Virus record (IMG/VR): IMGVR_UViG_3300037424_003015
Span: 1 to 24,144 of that record
Reading direction: 5' to 3' (one strand)
Length of the DNA: 24,144 nucleotides
Source of the DNA: a virus
Taxonomy: Duplodnaviria; Caudoviricetes
Below the pieces are notes generated by a model. It was not told where the DNA came from. It ran no database searches and saw only the letters and a list, made by a program, of their open reading frames with translations. Made by a program: the position numbers and the translations under genes. Of the stretch, positions 7,849 to 15,622 are shown in pieces. The stretch's first letter is position 1, and each line of letters opens with the position of its first letter.

Positions 7849-9044
7849 TGCTCCTTGAGTAGAGCCCGGAACTCCTCGGCGCTGATGGCCGGGGGGACCG
7901 GGGTGGGATGAGGCTCATCAGCCTCGGTGGACGGAGCCGGCCCACCCGGCTTGACGGCGACCACTCCCGGCTCACCCGAGAGGAGCGCGTCGAGCTTGTC
8001 GCGGCTCACCCGCAACGAGCGTTCGGTAGACGTTGAGAACGGCGGCCGCGAGGCGGCGACCCGGGATCGCGCCCGGTGGGCGGCGGCCTCCGCCACCCGC
8101 TCCGCCTCCGCTGCCAGAGCGGCAACCCGCTCCCCGAAGGGGGGCGTCGCGGGATCCTCCGTGGTCTCGGCTTCGGGCAGGTCATCCTCCGCGCCGGTCC
8201 GACGGCCGGACGCCGCGGAGCGGGTCACCCGCTCGATCGTGGCATCGAGGGTGTCGACGCGATCGACCATCCCGGCATCGAGAGCGGCCCGCGCCATGAG
8301 GAGCCGCCCGCCCCCGAAGTCCGCCTCGACCTTGGCGACCGTGGTCCGGCGGCCCTTCGCGACGTCCCCAAGGAACATCGTGTAGAAAGCGTCGGACCGT
8401 TCCTGCAGCATGGCCCTCGCCTCGTCCGTGAGGGGCTCGAACTGGTTCGCCTCCGTCTTGAACGGGCCGGAGCTGATGAGCGTCGTCGTGATCCCGGCCT
8501 CATCGAGCATCCGGCTCATCTCCTGGTGGACGGTCCGAACCCCGATCGAGCCGACCGACCCGGAAGGGGAGACCACCACTTCGTCCGCCTGGGAGGCAAT
8601 CCAGTAGGCGGCTGAGGCCGCGAGGGTGTTCGATACCGCCACGATCGGCTTCGGGCCGCCGCGGACCGCCCGAAGCTCGGCGGCGAGCTCCGCGATCCCC
8701 GCCGCGGTCCCGCCGGGGCTGTCGATGTCGAGGACGATGGCCTTCACGGACGGGTCCGCGTATGCCTTTCGGACCTCCTCCCGGACGGTCTCCACGGAGG
8801 TCCCGCCGAAGAGCTCCAGCATCCAGTCGGCACGGTGCTCGATCACCCCGTAGACCGGAATGACGGCCACGGATCCGGCCCGGGCGGCACCACCCTGGGG
8901 GCCCTCGAGGGCGAGAACGGCCGGCGCGTTTGTCGCCGGCGCCGAGACGTACTCGACGATCCGAGACAGGGTCGAGGGGAGGAGCGCCCACGGCCGCTCG
9001 AAGAGGGAGACAAGGCGGGTCCGGGTCACGTCGGCGGTCTTCAT
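7845..9044 (-). CDS. S49 (SppA/ClpP-like) prohead protease with C-terminal helical extension, 399 aa
   Basis: 'AIVLDIDSPGG', 'AASAAYWIASQAD', 'GSVGSIGV', 'SGPFK', 'GMVDRV'. Confidence 0.93.
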   Translation of the reverse strand: MKTADVTRTRLVSLFERPWALLPSTLSRIVEYVSAPATNAPAVLALEGPQGGAARAGSVAVIPVYGVIEHRADWMLELFGGTSVETVREEVRKAYADPSVKAIVLDIDSPGGTAAGIAELAAELRAVRGGPKPIVAVSNTLAASAAYWIASQADEVVVSPSGSVGSIGVRTVHQEMSRMLDEAGITTTLISSGPFKTEANQFEPLTDEARAMLQERSDAFYTMFLGDVAKGRRTTVAKVEADFGGGRLLMARAALDAGMVDRVDTLDATIERVTRSAASGRRTGAEDDLPEAETTEDPATPPFGERVAALAAEAERVAEAAAHRARSRVAASRPPFSTSTERSLRVSRDKLDALLSGEPGVVAVKPGGPAPSTEADEPHPTPVPPAISAEEFRALLKEH

Positions 9045-9052
9045 GGCGTGTG

Positions 9053-10588
9053 CTACTCCTTACCGTTGAGGCTGGGCACGAGGGAGCGAGAATCCAAGGT
9101 GGGGTTCCATGCCCGCACGAGCTCGGGCTGTGGGGATTCAGCCGGCGTGAACATGCTCGGGAAGGCCGCCACGATCGGATGATCGGGCGAGAACAGGTCA
9201 CCCTCAGTGACGCGGTTCGATTCGAAGAGCCCGCTCACCGGCCAGAAGTCCGCCCGGGCCGAGAATGCCACGGGGGTCGTGCCCGCCGGCTGGAGCTGGA
9301 CACTGAACAGGCCCGTGTGCGTCAACCGCCGGAGGTCGCCGGACACCACGGCGTCGACGATCGTCTCCGGATTGAACCCGGCGCGAACGCCCGCCTCGAT
9401 CGAGAGCATGTTGCGGCCGATGATCTCGGCCGCGTCCTTGACATCTTCAGCGAGGAACGGGATATGGCGCTCGTCATACCAGAGACGACTGCCCGAGACG
9501 GGCGGGATGATCGTCTCCAGCGACCCGGCGAAGCTGCCCCAGTAGGGTCGCAGCGTCTTGTCCGCCACGAGACGTCGGGCCGCCCCGAAGTTGCCGGCGT
9601 TGAGGCTCGATCCCTGCAACCCCTCGGACACCGGGACGATCGTGGGGTGGAGCCCCATTGCCGCGACGATCCGCGTCTCGCCCTTGCCCTGGGTAGCAGC
9701 GAACTCGAGCTGCTGGAAGTCCTTGCCGACAGGCTCGGCTTCGGCTCCGCCGAGCAGGTACATCGTCCGGTAGGCGTTGAATGCCCCGGAATGGTCCTGC
9801 TCGAAGAGCTCGATGATCTCGCGGGCCTTCTCCTTGCCGAGCGACGGCGGGAACTTCACGATGAGGTTCGGGGTCGCCGCGTTGTCGAAGAACTTGAGCT
9901 TGTGGGTCGTCGCGCTGGTATCGCCCCGGATGTCCCGGATGACCGCCGTCGGGAGGGGCATTCCGCGATAGCGGGCGAGGGGATCGCGAATCGGCGCCCA
10001 GTGGGCGACCTCGGTCGCGTCGAACGAGTAGACCTCGGCCCCCGAGTACCACGGCCCGGCCGAATACGAGTAGCCGATGATCTCGGCGTCGGGATCCCAG
10101 GCCGGGAACGTCGCGTCCTCGTTCTTGGTGCCGACGATGATGACCGTATAGTCGGGGCGGAGCCGCTTGATCCGGCCCGGCCGACGGACCCCGAACCAGT
10201 CGCCCGCAAGATCGGCGTCGAGCATCGCCAGCGACAGGAGATCAGCCGTCGTCTCACCGGGCTCCGGGCGCTCGATGATCGAGAGCTCGGCTGTCCCGAA
10301 GAGATCGCCCGGCTGGCCGCCCCGCATCTGCTGGAACTGGAAGCGAGCCTGCTGGAAGAGCAGGAAGCGGGTCATCTCGCAGGCGAAGACGATCCCGTTC
10401 GACTGGTATGCCCCGCGGACCAAGCCAGCGAAGTCGCCCTCGATCTTCTCCTGGTTCGTCGTCCACGTCTGGTTGAGGAGCGACCCGAACCCGGCCGACG
10501 ACAGCCAGCCAACGTAGTCGTTGATGCCGAACGACTGCGGCCACTCGGAACGCATCGACGGCGAGCGCATCAGCGCCACATCGCCCAT
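9053..10588 (-). CDS. Portal protein, HK97 family, 511 aa
   Basis: ATG at 10588 (TGATG overlap); 'NGIVFAC', 'YRGMP', 'KFFDNAATP', 'GAFNAYRTMYL.GG', 'QLEF', 'I.AAMGLHP'. Confidence 0.93.
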   Translation of the reverse strand: MGDVALMRSPSMRSEWPQSFGINDYVGWLSSAGFGSLLNQTWTTNQEKIEGDFAGLVRGAYQSNGIVFACEMTRFLLFQQARFQFQQMRGGQPGDLFGTAELSIIERPEPGETTADLLSLAMLDADLAGDWFGVRRPGRIKRLRPDYTVIIVGTKNEDATFPAWDPDAEIIGYSYSAGPWYSGAEVYSFDATEVAHWAPIRDPLARYRGMPLPTAVIRDIRGDTSATTHKLKFFDNAATPNLIVKFPPSLGKEKAREIIELFEQDHSGAFNAYRTMYLLGGAEAEPVGKDFQQLEFAATQGKGETRIVAAMGLHPTIVPVSEGLQGSSLNAGNFGAARRLVADKTLRPYWGSFAGSLETIIPPVSGSRLWYDERHIPFLAEDVKDAAEIIGRNMLSIEAGVRAGFNPETIVDAVVSGDLRRLTHTGLFSVQLQPAGTTPVAFSARADFWPVSGLFESNRVTEGDLFSPDHPIVAAFPSMFTPAESPQPELVRAWNPTLDSRSLVPSLNGKE

Positions 10589-10794
10589 CAGCGACTCCTC
10601 TGGAAGCTGAAGCCAAAGAACACGAGCGCGAACAGCACCGCCGGGGCGATAAATGCCAAGGCGAGGTTCAGCATCCCGAAGCCGATCGCCGAGAGGACGA
10701 CCGCGCGGTACAGCACACGCTCGGCCGCCTCGAGCGCCTTCCACCACGCGCTGACCCTTGCAAGCGGCGAGCGCCGCCGCTTCCTCGCCGTCAT
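10588..10794 (-). CDS. Small membrane protein between TerL and portal, 68 aa
   Basis: Basic N-terminus then long hydrophobic hairpin; overlaps both neighbours. Confidence 0.7.
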   Translation of the reverse strand: MTARKRRRSPLARVSAWWKALEAAERVLYRAVVLSAIGFGMLNLALAFIAPAVLFALVFFGFSFQRSR

Positions 10795-12368
10795 CGGGCG
10801 TTACCCAGGAGGATGAACGGCTCGGAATCCTCCTCGGCCGGCGGCTGTGCGGCGAGGGCGTGAACCATCGCGGCCGCGGTGAGGGCGTCGATGGTCCGTC
10901 GTTCCTGCTCCTGCCCCATCCGGGATTGGGATGGTCGGTCGAACCGCGCATCACCCTGGGGCAGGACCCGGGCGATCGCTCGCAGGACGTGATCGGAGAG
11001 CGCCTGGTCGCCGGTGTGCTTGAGCCAGCCCTGCCGGAGGGCTTCCATGAACCGCTCGTAATCCTCGACCGCCTGGGGGTTCGTCTGGCTCCGGTCGATG
11101 ACGGTCGCCCCGAACGTGCTCTCCATCCACATGCCGAGCTGCTCTGCCCGCGTCGTGTCCATGACGACCGTGTGGATGGGGTTCCGCTCGTGGATCAGGG
11201 TCAATGCCCGCTCCACCTCGGCAGGGTCGAGCGATGACCCATCGCGGGGAGGGGTTAGGACCGTCGCCGGTCCGAGGAGCCGGAACTTGTCATTGCGCCA
11301 CCACAGCGGAACCGCCGCGGTCGTGTCCCACTTCCAGGCCACGTCGAGTCCCAGCCAGATCGGCTCACCTTCGGGAATAACCTCGGTCGTCGTGGCAGCC
11401 TCCCACTCGGCCTCCTGGATCGCCACGTTCTGAGAACGGGTCGGGCGGTTGCAGACGAACCGGAGCCAGTGATCCATCGTCATCGTCGGGCTGGCGTATT
11501 TCTCGGTCAGCATCTCGACCGTGATGCCCGAGAAGGGGTTGGCTGCCTTGACCGCCTCGAAGTCGTCGGGCTTGGCCTCGGGCGCGAGCGCCCATTCGTG
11601 GAGCACGACGCGAGACGACCGGGCTCGGAGAAACGACCCGCGCCGAAGGACCTCGTCGGCCTTCTGCCGGATCAACTCGCGCGTCTGCTCGAAGTCCGAG
11701 CCCGGTTCGCCTGCTGTGGAGATGCCCGCGATCTGCCCGCCGCGCTTGGCGATCTTGCCGGCCCAGGTCCGGTACAGCCCGAGGTCCCGGTGGCGGTGCA
11801 TCTCATCGATGAGCCCGAGGGTCGGGATGATCCCGTCGCCTGTCCGGTCGTCGGCGGCGAAGACCTGGATCCGCCCGCCCTGGTAGTGATTGATTCGGCG
11901 ATAGCCCTCGAGGCAGAGGAAGCGCGGGACGTCGGTCTTGCGCTTGCCCTTGGCCGCCTGAATGGCCGAGTGAACAGACTCGTACATCCGGGGCGAGCGA
12001 AGGACGAACCCCTCCGCTTGGTGGTACATGATCTCGCTCTGCTCGCGCGACGACGCGGCGACGGGCACCGCGGCGAACGGTCGGAACTCGCAGTGATAGA
12101 GCCCGATGCCGGCGAAGGTCGTCGTCTTGGTGTTGCCCTCCGGGACGACCAGCCAGCACTCCGGGATCCCGGCGAACAGGTCCTCGACGAACGCTTGGAC
12201 GAAGTCCTCGGGGTGCCACGATTGGCCCGTGTCGAGGATGAGGTCCGAGGCCCACGCCATGAAGTGCGGGAGGGTGAATGGAGCGGGGGGCGCCTTCGTC
12301 CGCGAGCGCGCCTCCGGGGCCGGGCGCGGCCGTGGGCGATCCTGACGGGAGGCGACGACGAGAGTCAC
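10791..12368 (-). CDS. terL: Terminase large subunit, 525 aa
   Basis: Walker A-like 'VPEGNTKTT', 'AASSREQS', Walker B 'LIDEMH', 'ISTAG', 'KAANP', nuclease 'LGLDVA...DTTA' and 'IDALTAAAM'. Confidence 0.93.
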   Translation of the reverse strand: MTLVVASRQDRPRPRPAPEARSRTKAPPAPFTLPHFMAWASDLILDTGQSWHPEDFVQAFVEDLFAGIPECWLVVPEGNTKTTTFAGIGLYHCEFRPFAAVPVAASSREQSEIMYHQAEGFVLRSPRMYESVHSAIQAAKGKRKTDVPRFLCLEGYRRINHYQGGRIQVFAADDRTGDGIIPTLGLIDEMHRHRDLGLYRTWAGKIAKRGGQIAGISTAGEPGSDFEQTRELIRQKADEVLRRGSFLRARSSRVVLHEWALAPEAKPDDFEAVKAANPFSGITVEMLTEKYASPTMTMDHWLRFVCNRPTRSQNVAIQEAEWEAATTTEVIPEGEPIWLGLDVAWKWDTTAAVPLWWRNDKFRLLGPATVLTPPRDGSSLDPAEVERALTLIHERNPIHTVVMDTTRAEQLGMWMESTFGATVIDRSQTNPQAVEDYERFMEALRQGWLKHTGDQALSDHVLRAIARVLPQGDARFDRPSQSRMGQEQERRTIDALTAAAMVHALAAQPPAEEDSEPFILLGNAR

Positions 12369-12742
12369 CGAACTATCTCTCGCGGATAGGGGCGAGGGTT
12401 TCCGAGGGGCAATCCGAGTTCACGTCGCGACCCCGCCCCCCTCCCCGTAGCTCCCCTGTCCTTCCATGCGGCGTTGCAGTGGGCGCAGGCACCGCGCAGC
12501 GGTCCGTGGCCGCGTCCGACGTCCTGTGGCACCACGTGGTCTGCGGTGGTGGCGGTGCCGGTGCAGCCGGGAAGCCGTAGTTCGCACGCGCCCCCTACAG
12601 TCCGACGGCGCCGGGCGCGATAGTCGCCGCCATACGCAGCCCGGTACCGGGTACGCTCGCAGGCCCGGCAGCGGGTGGCGCTGGACAGGCTCCGGGTAGG
12701 GCAGGGGACCCCGGACCAAGGACCAGCGCAGGCCCGCCTCAT
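12365..12742 (-). CDS. Terminase-associated HNH endonuclease (HK97 gp74-like), 125 aa
   Basis: 'CELRLPGCTGTATTADHVVP...ACAHCN' plus N-terminal Cys cluster; directly upstream of TerL. Confidence 0.8.
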   Translation of the reverse strand: MRRACAGPWSGVPCPTRSLSSATRCRACERTRYRAAYGGDYRARRRRTVGGACELRLPGCTGTATTADHVVPQDVGRGHGPLRGACAHCNAAWKDRGATGRGAGSRRELGLPLGNPRPYPREIVR

Positions 12743-13074
12743 TCGGCCTCCGGCTCGGGCAGGATCTCGGCAGCCTCGTCGACCGGGGTGACGGGGGTCT
12801 CCGCAACCTCTGGGTCAGGCTCCCGACGCCAGCCGGAGGCTCGGACCTGGGCCGGGGTATCACCCGCATTCGAGGACGTGGGTCGCTTCCTCGGTGGAGG
12901 CGGGGGTGGATAGCACACGTCGCAGGGCTCGAGCGTCCGGCCGCCTGCGATCGACATGACCCCGACGAAGGTGCGCGTCCGCTGGCCCGTTGCATGGTTG
13001 GCATAGCGGGAGTGGACGATGCCCGATAGGTCCACCGCGTAGCCGCGATCATCGATGGGGATGGGGCGGGTCAT
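12739..13074 (-). CDS. Hypothetical protein with H..H..CxxC and Pro/acidic tail, 111 aa
   Basis: ATG at 13074 with GGGAGG RBS and ATGA overlap; stop overlaps HNH start. Confidence 0.65.
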   Translation of the reverse strand: MTRPIPIDDRGYAVDLSGIVHSRYANHATGQRTRTFVGVMSIAGGRTLEPCDVCYPPPPPPRKRPTSSNAGDTPAQVRASGWRREPDPEVAETPVTPVDEAAEILPEPEAE

Positions 13075-13220
13075 GTCAAGCCTCCCGGCGGCTCGTTCCA
13101 AGGGACTATCCACACGACCCCACAACCACGACACTCCCGGAGATGGCGCCCGCCCCATTCGTAGACGTCGTCCCACCAATGGACGCAGCGTCGCTTGCTC
13201 GGAAGACGGGACCGCCTCAT
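13071..13220 (-). CDS. Small CxH...CxxC protein, 49 aa; not in ORF track
   Basis: MRRSRLPSKRRCVHWWDDVYEWGGRHLRECRGCGVVWIVPWNEPPGGLT; ATGA overlaps at both ends. Confidence 0.6.
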   Translation of the reverse strand: MRRSRLPSKRRCVHWWDDVYEWGGRHLRECRGCGVVWIVPWNEPPGGLT

Positions 13221-13312
13221 CCCAGCCCTCCCGACAGCAGCAGCCACATGAGGACCGCGCCGAACAGGACCCCGAGGGCGAAGGTGATGAAGTCGTGGGC
13301 GTCGCGGTTCAC
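13217..13312 (-). CDS. Single-TM micropeptide, 31 aa; not in ORF track
   Basis: MNRDAHDFITFALGVLFGAVLMWLLLSGGLG; GTGA and ATGA overlaps. Confidence 0.6.
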   Translation of the reverse strand: MNRDAHDFITFALGVLFGAVLMWLLLSGGLG

Positions 13313-13572
13313 GGTGGCGGGGGCACGTTGGGGTCGGCCGTCACGGTGATTGCCGGATCGGTCGCTGTGACCGTCACGCCGGCTGGCGTCGTCACGGTCG
13401 TCATCGGCGTGCCGCCGTTCGAGACACGCGCCCAGTAGACGAGGGCCACGTTGGTGGCGCCCAAGGCCACCTTGACCAGCGGCGGGAGGACGACGTCCGG
13501 CTGCCCCAGGAGGAAGGCCACGACGAGCGAGGCCGTGACGATGGCGCCGGTGATGAACTGTTGCTGGTTCAT
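13309..13572 (-). CDS. Holin-like 2-TM protein with Thr/Pro-rich tail, 87 aa
   Basis: Two hydrophobic segments; GAGGGAGG RBS; downstream of endolysin. Confidence 0.6.
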   Translation of the reverse strand: MNQQQFITGAIVTASLVVAFLLGQPDVVLPPLVKVALGATNVALVYWARVSNGGTPMTTVTTPAGVTVTATDPAITVTADPNVPPPP

Positions 13573-13582
13573 GGAGCCTCCC

Positions 13583-13801
13583 TCAGTAGCACGGTGAGAT
13601 GAAGTTGTCGAAGAAGTGGGCCGAGAGGTAGCCGAGAACGAACATCGAGATCACGATGACGATGGTCGCGCCCCGGCCCAGGGCGCGGACGCGGGCCGAG
13701 ATCGTCGGTCTCCCCGTGGCGATGGCCCGGGCCTCGATGACGAACAGCAGCAGGACCCACAGGCCGGTGCCGATGAGCAGGGCCACGCCGAGGTTGTCCA
13801 C
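13583..13801 (-). CDS. 2-TM membrane protein, 72 aa
   Basis: GTG at 13801 overlaps upstream TAG; MDNLGVALLIGTGLWVLLLFVIE...IVIVISMFVLGYLSAHFF. Confidence 0.7.
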   Translation of the reverse strand: MDNLGVALLIGTGLWVLLLFVIEARAIATGRPTISARVRALGRGATIVIVISMFVLGYLSAHFFDNFISPCY

Positions 13802-13938
13802 TACAGGAGCCCTGCTGCCGCGAAGAAGGCCAGCCCGAGCCAGCCGACCGAGATCGTCCCGAAGCCCACTCCGACCGCCGCGAGCACGAAGCAGATGACG
13901 GCCACGAGGAGCAGGAGCTTGTTCGCGTTGAGTGTCAT
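13801..13938 (-). CDS. 2-TM membrane protein, 45 aa; not in ORF track
   Basis: MTLNANKLLLLVAVICFVLAAVGVGFGTISVGWLGLAFFAAAGLL; GGGAGGAAG RBS. Confidence 0.75.
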   Translation of the reverse strand: MTLNANKLLLLVAVICFVLAAVGVGFGTISVGWLGLAFFAAAGLL

Positions 13939-14072
13939 GACTTCCTCCCGAACTCAAATCCCCACATGCACGGGCAGTCGAGACGGACGATCGGGCACAC
14001 AACGTGGCCGATCTCCAAGATGGGCTGTCTCATGAACAGCCTCCGCAGGGATAGCCCAATGCGGCGCCTCAT
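13935..14072 (-). CDS. Small hypothetical protein, 45 aa; not in ORF track
   Basis: MRRRIGLSLRRLFMRQPILEIGHVVCPIVRLDCPCMWGFEFGRKS; ATGA overlaps at both ends. Confidence 0.5.
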   Translation of the reverse strand: MRRRIGLSLRRLFMRQPILEIGHVVCPIVRLDCPCMWGFEFGRKS

Positions 14073-14245
14073 CCGAGTGTCCCCGGTTCACGCGGCACGA
14101 TGGGCCAGTGCCCGTAGACCCACTGACGGAGCCGACGGGTCGGCGTGAGGGTCAGGACGAACTCCAAGGTCGCGGGGCGCCGGAACATCCAGTCACGACC
14201 GCCGGGCCGGTAGTTCATCGCGCGATACCACGATGCGGACCTCAT
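14069..14245 (-). CDS. Small hypothetical protein, 58 aa; not in ORF track
   Basis: MRSASWYRAMNYRPGGRDWMF...PREPGTLG; AGGAGG RBS; ATGA overlaps at both ends. Confidence 0.55.
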   Translation of the reverse strand: MRSASWYRAMNYRPGGRDWMFRRPATLEFVLTLTPTRRLRQWVYGHWPIVPREPGTLG

Positions 14246-14463
14246 GGCTTCCCTCCTAGACGTGCATTGACCGCCTCAGCGGTCGTGAGAGTGGGGGCGT
14301 CGGTCAGCGCGGCCACAACGCGGCGTGCTTCATGGAAGTGCTCGGCCGCCCCGTGGTCGTCGTGGAAGTCGCCATTGGCATCTAGGCGACCGTATCCCGG
14401 CGACCAGTTCTCGCAGATGCGCGCCTCGTGCATCGCTCGCGCCATCCGCTCCACGTCGCTCAC
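14242..14463 (-). CDS. Hypothetical protein, 73 aa
   Basis: GTG at 14463 overlaps upstream TGA; 'VERMARAMHE...EARRVVAAL'. Confidence 0.6.
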   Translation of the reverse strand: MSDVERMARAMHEARICENWSPGYGRLDANGDFHDDHGAAEHFHEARRVVAALTDAPTLTTAEAVNARLGGKP

Positions 14464-14699
14464 CAGCCGGTCCATTGCCAATACGACCGGGCCTTGACGC
14501 GATCGGTGATGAGCACGACGACGTCGCCGTGGCGATCGGCCATCGTTTCGATCACGTCATCGCGGATGCCCGTGGGGTCGTTGGCGAGCTGGCCGAGGGC
14601 CATGACGCAGACACGGCAGACGAGCCGCGGACCGTCCCCTTCGATGAGGTGATCGGGTCGCCCGCAGTGACGGCACTGGCCCGGGATGTCGATCACCAT
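14460..14699 (-). CDS. Small CxxC...CxxC protein, 79 aa
   Basis: ATG at 14699 (TGATG overlap with endolysin stop); 'CRHC...CRVC'. Confidence 0.65.
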   Translation of the reverse strand: MVIDIPGQCRHCGRPDHLIEGDGPRLVCRVCVMALGQLANDPTGIRDDVIETMADRHGDVVVLITDRVKARSYWQWTGW

Positions 14700-15619
14700 C
14701 AGCCTCCCAACAGCACGGCTGCGTTGACCGCCGCGTCCTTCACGGCCCGGGAGCCGTCCCGGAGCCCTGCCGCTACCCCTTCGGCGCGGGCGGCGTTGAC
14801 GAGCGGGGTGCAGTCGATGGCCGGTTTCTGGTTGAGGTAGTCGGTGAGGCCCTTGGCAGTCAGGGGATCGACCACCAGTACCCAGTCCCGGACGAGCATG
14901 TAGGCGGGCTCGGGGCCGTACTGCGTCAGGACCCACTCGCTGTCAGTGGCTGCGGACGTCGTGACGTGGGCGATGGAGCGGGCCACCTGGTCGAGGGTGA
15001 GGCGGGCGATGATCGGGGCGCCGGCGTCGGGGGTTCGGCGCAGCACGCCGTTGCTCGTGCCGGTCGCGCTCTTGGTGGGGGTCCAGTCCTCGCCCTTGAT
15101 GGCGGTGATCACCTCGTCCTCCTCAAAGTAGCGCCGGAAGAGCGCCGTGTGGTCCCGGAATTCGCTGTCCCGATACCAGCTCGTGTGCGTGTGCTGGCGG
15201 TGCGAGAGGTCGCCCTGCGTCCAGCGGCCGTCGACGAACTTGCTCTCGTAGACCTTCCCGGTCGGCTCGTCCCAGCGGAAGACCTTGACCCCGTCCGGGG
15301 AATAGATCAGCTCCCGGATATCCAGGGTGTCGATGGCCCGGTTCGCGCATTCACGCGAGAGCCACACCGACAGCTTCTGAAGCCCCGTGAGGGTTCCGCC
15401 GACCGTCCCGATGTCGATGGCCGACGCGGCGTCGGACAGGCCCGCGACGTCACGGGGGAGCCGGGCCGACGATGCCCCGACGGCCAGATCGTCGGCACCC
15501 AGGTGATAGCTCCAGCCCTTGGCGATGTGCGCGGTGTCGCCCTTGATGCCGAGATTCACCGCGCCCTGAGACACGAGGTACTTGCCGAGGGTGACGAGGG
15601 TCGGGGGAGCGAAGGTCAT
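14699..15619 (-). CDS. Probable endolysin: zinc peptidase (LAS/M15-like) domain plus SH3b-like domain, 306 aa
   Basis: 'GIKGD.AH....SYH', 'ASAIDI', 'ELIY', 'SHRQHTHTS' (HxH); 'LRRTPDAGAPIIARL' SH3b-like; flanked by membrane proteins. Confidence 0.7.
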   Translation of the reverse strand: MTFAPPTLVTLGKYLVSQGAVNLGIKGDTAHIAKGWSYHLGADDLAVGASSARLPRDVAGLSDAASAIDIGTVGGTLTGLQKLSVWLSRECANRAIDTLDIRELIYSPDGVKVFRWDEPTGKVYESKFVDGRWTQGDLSHRQHTHTSWYRDSEFRDHTALFRRYFEEDEVITAIKGEDWTPTKSATGTSNGVLRRTPDAGAPIIARLTLDQVARSIAHVTTSAATDSEWVLTQYGPEPAYMLVRDWVLVVDPLTAKGLTDYLNQKPAIDCTPLVNAARAEGVAAGLRDGSRAVKDAAVNAAVLLGG

Positions 15620-15622
15620 CGC

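Noticed and set aside
10589-10954. 633-aa portal start given in the ORF track
   Set aside because: Overlaps TerL and the 68-aa membrane gene; the coupled ATG at 10588 is better. Same logic applied to track starts 891, 1892, 3581, 14002, 14936, 18411, 21280 and 24053
3401-14041. Two micro-ORFs share MRRR and RRLFM (11-bp CATGAACAGCC at 3401 and 14031)
   Set aside because: An 11-bp match is expected by chance in 24 kb and the rest does not align
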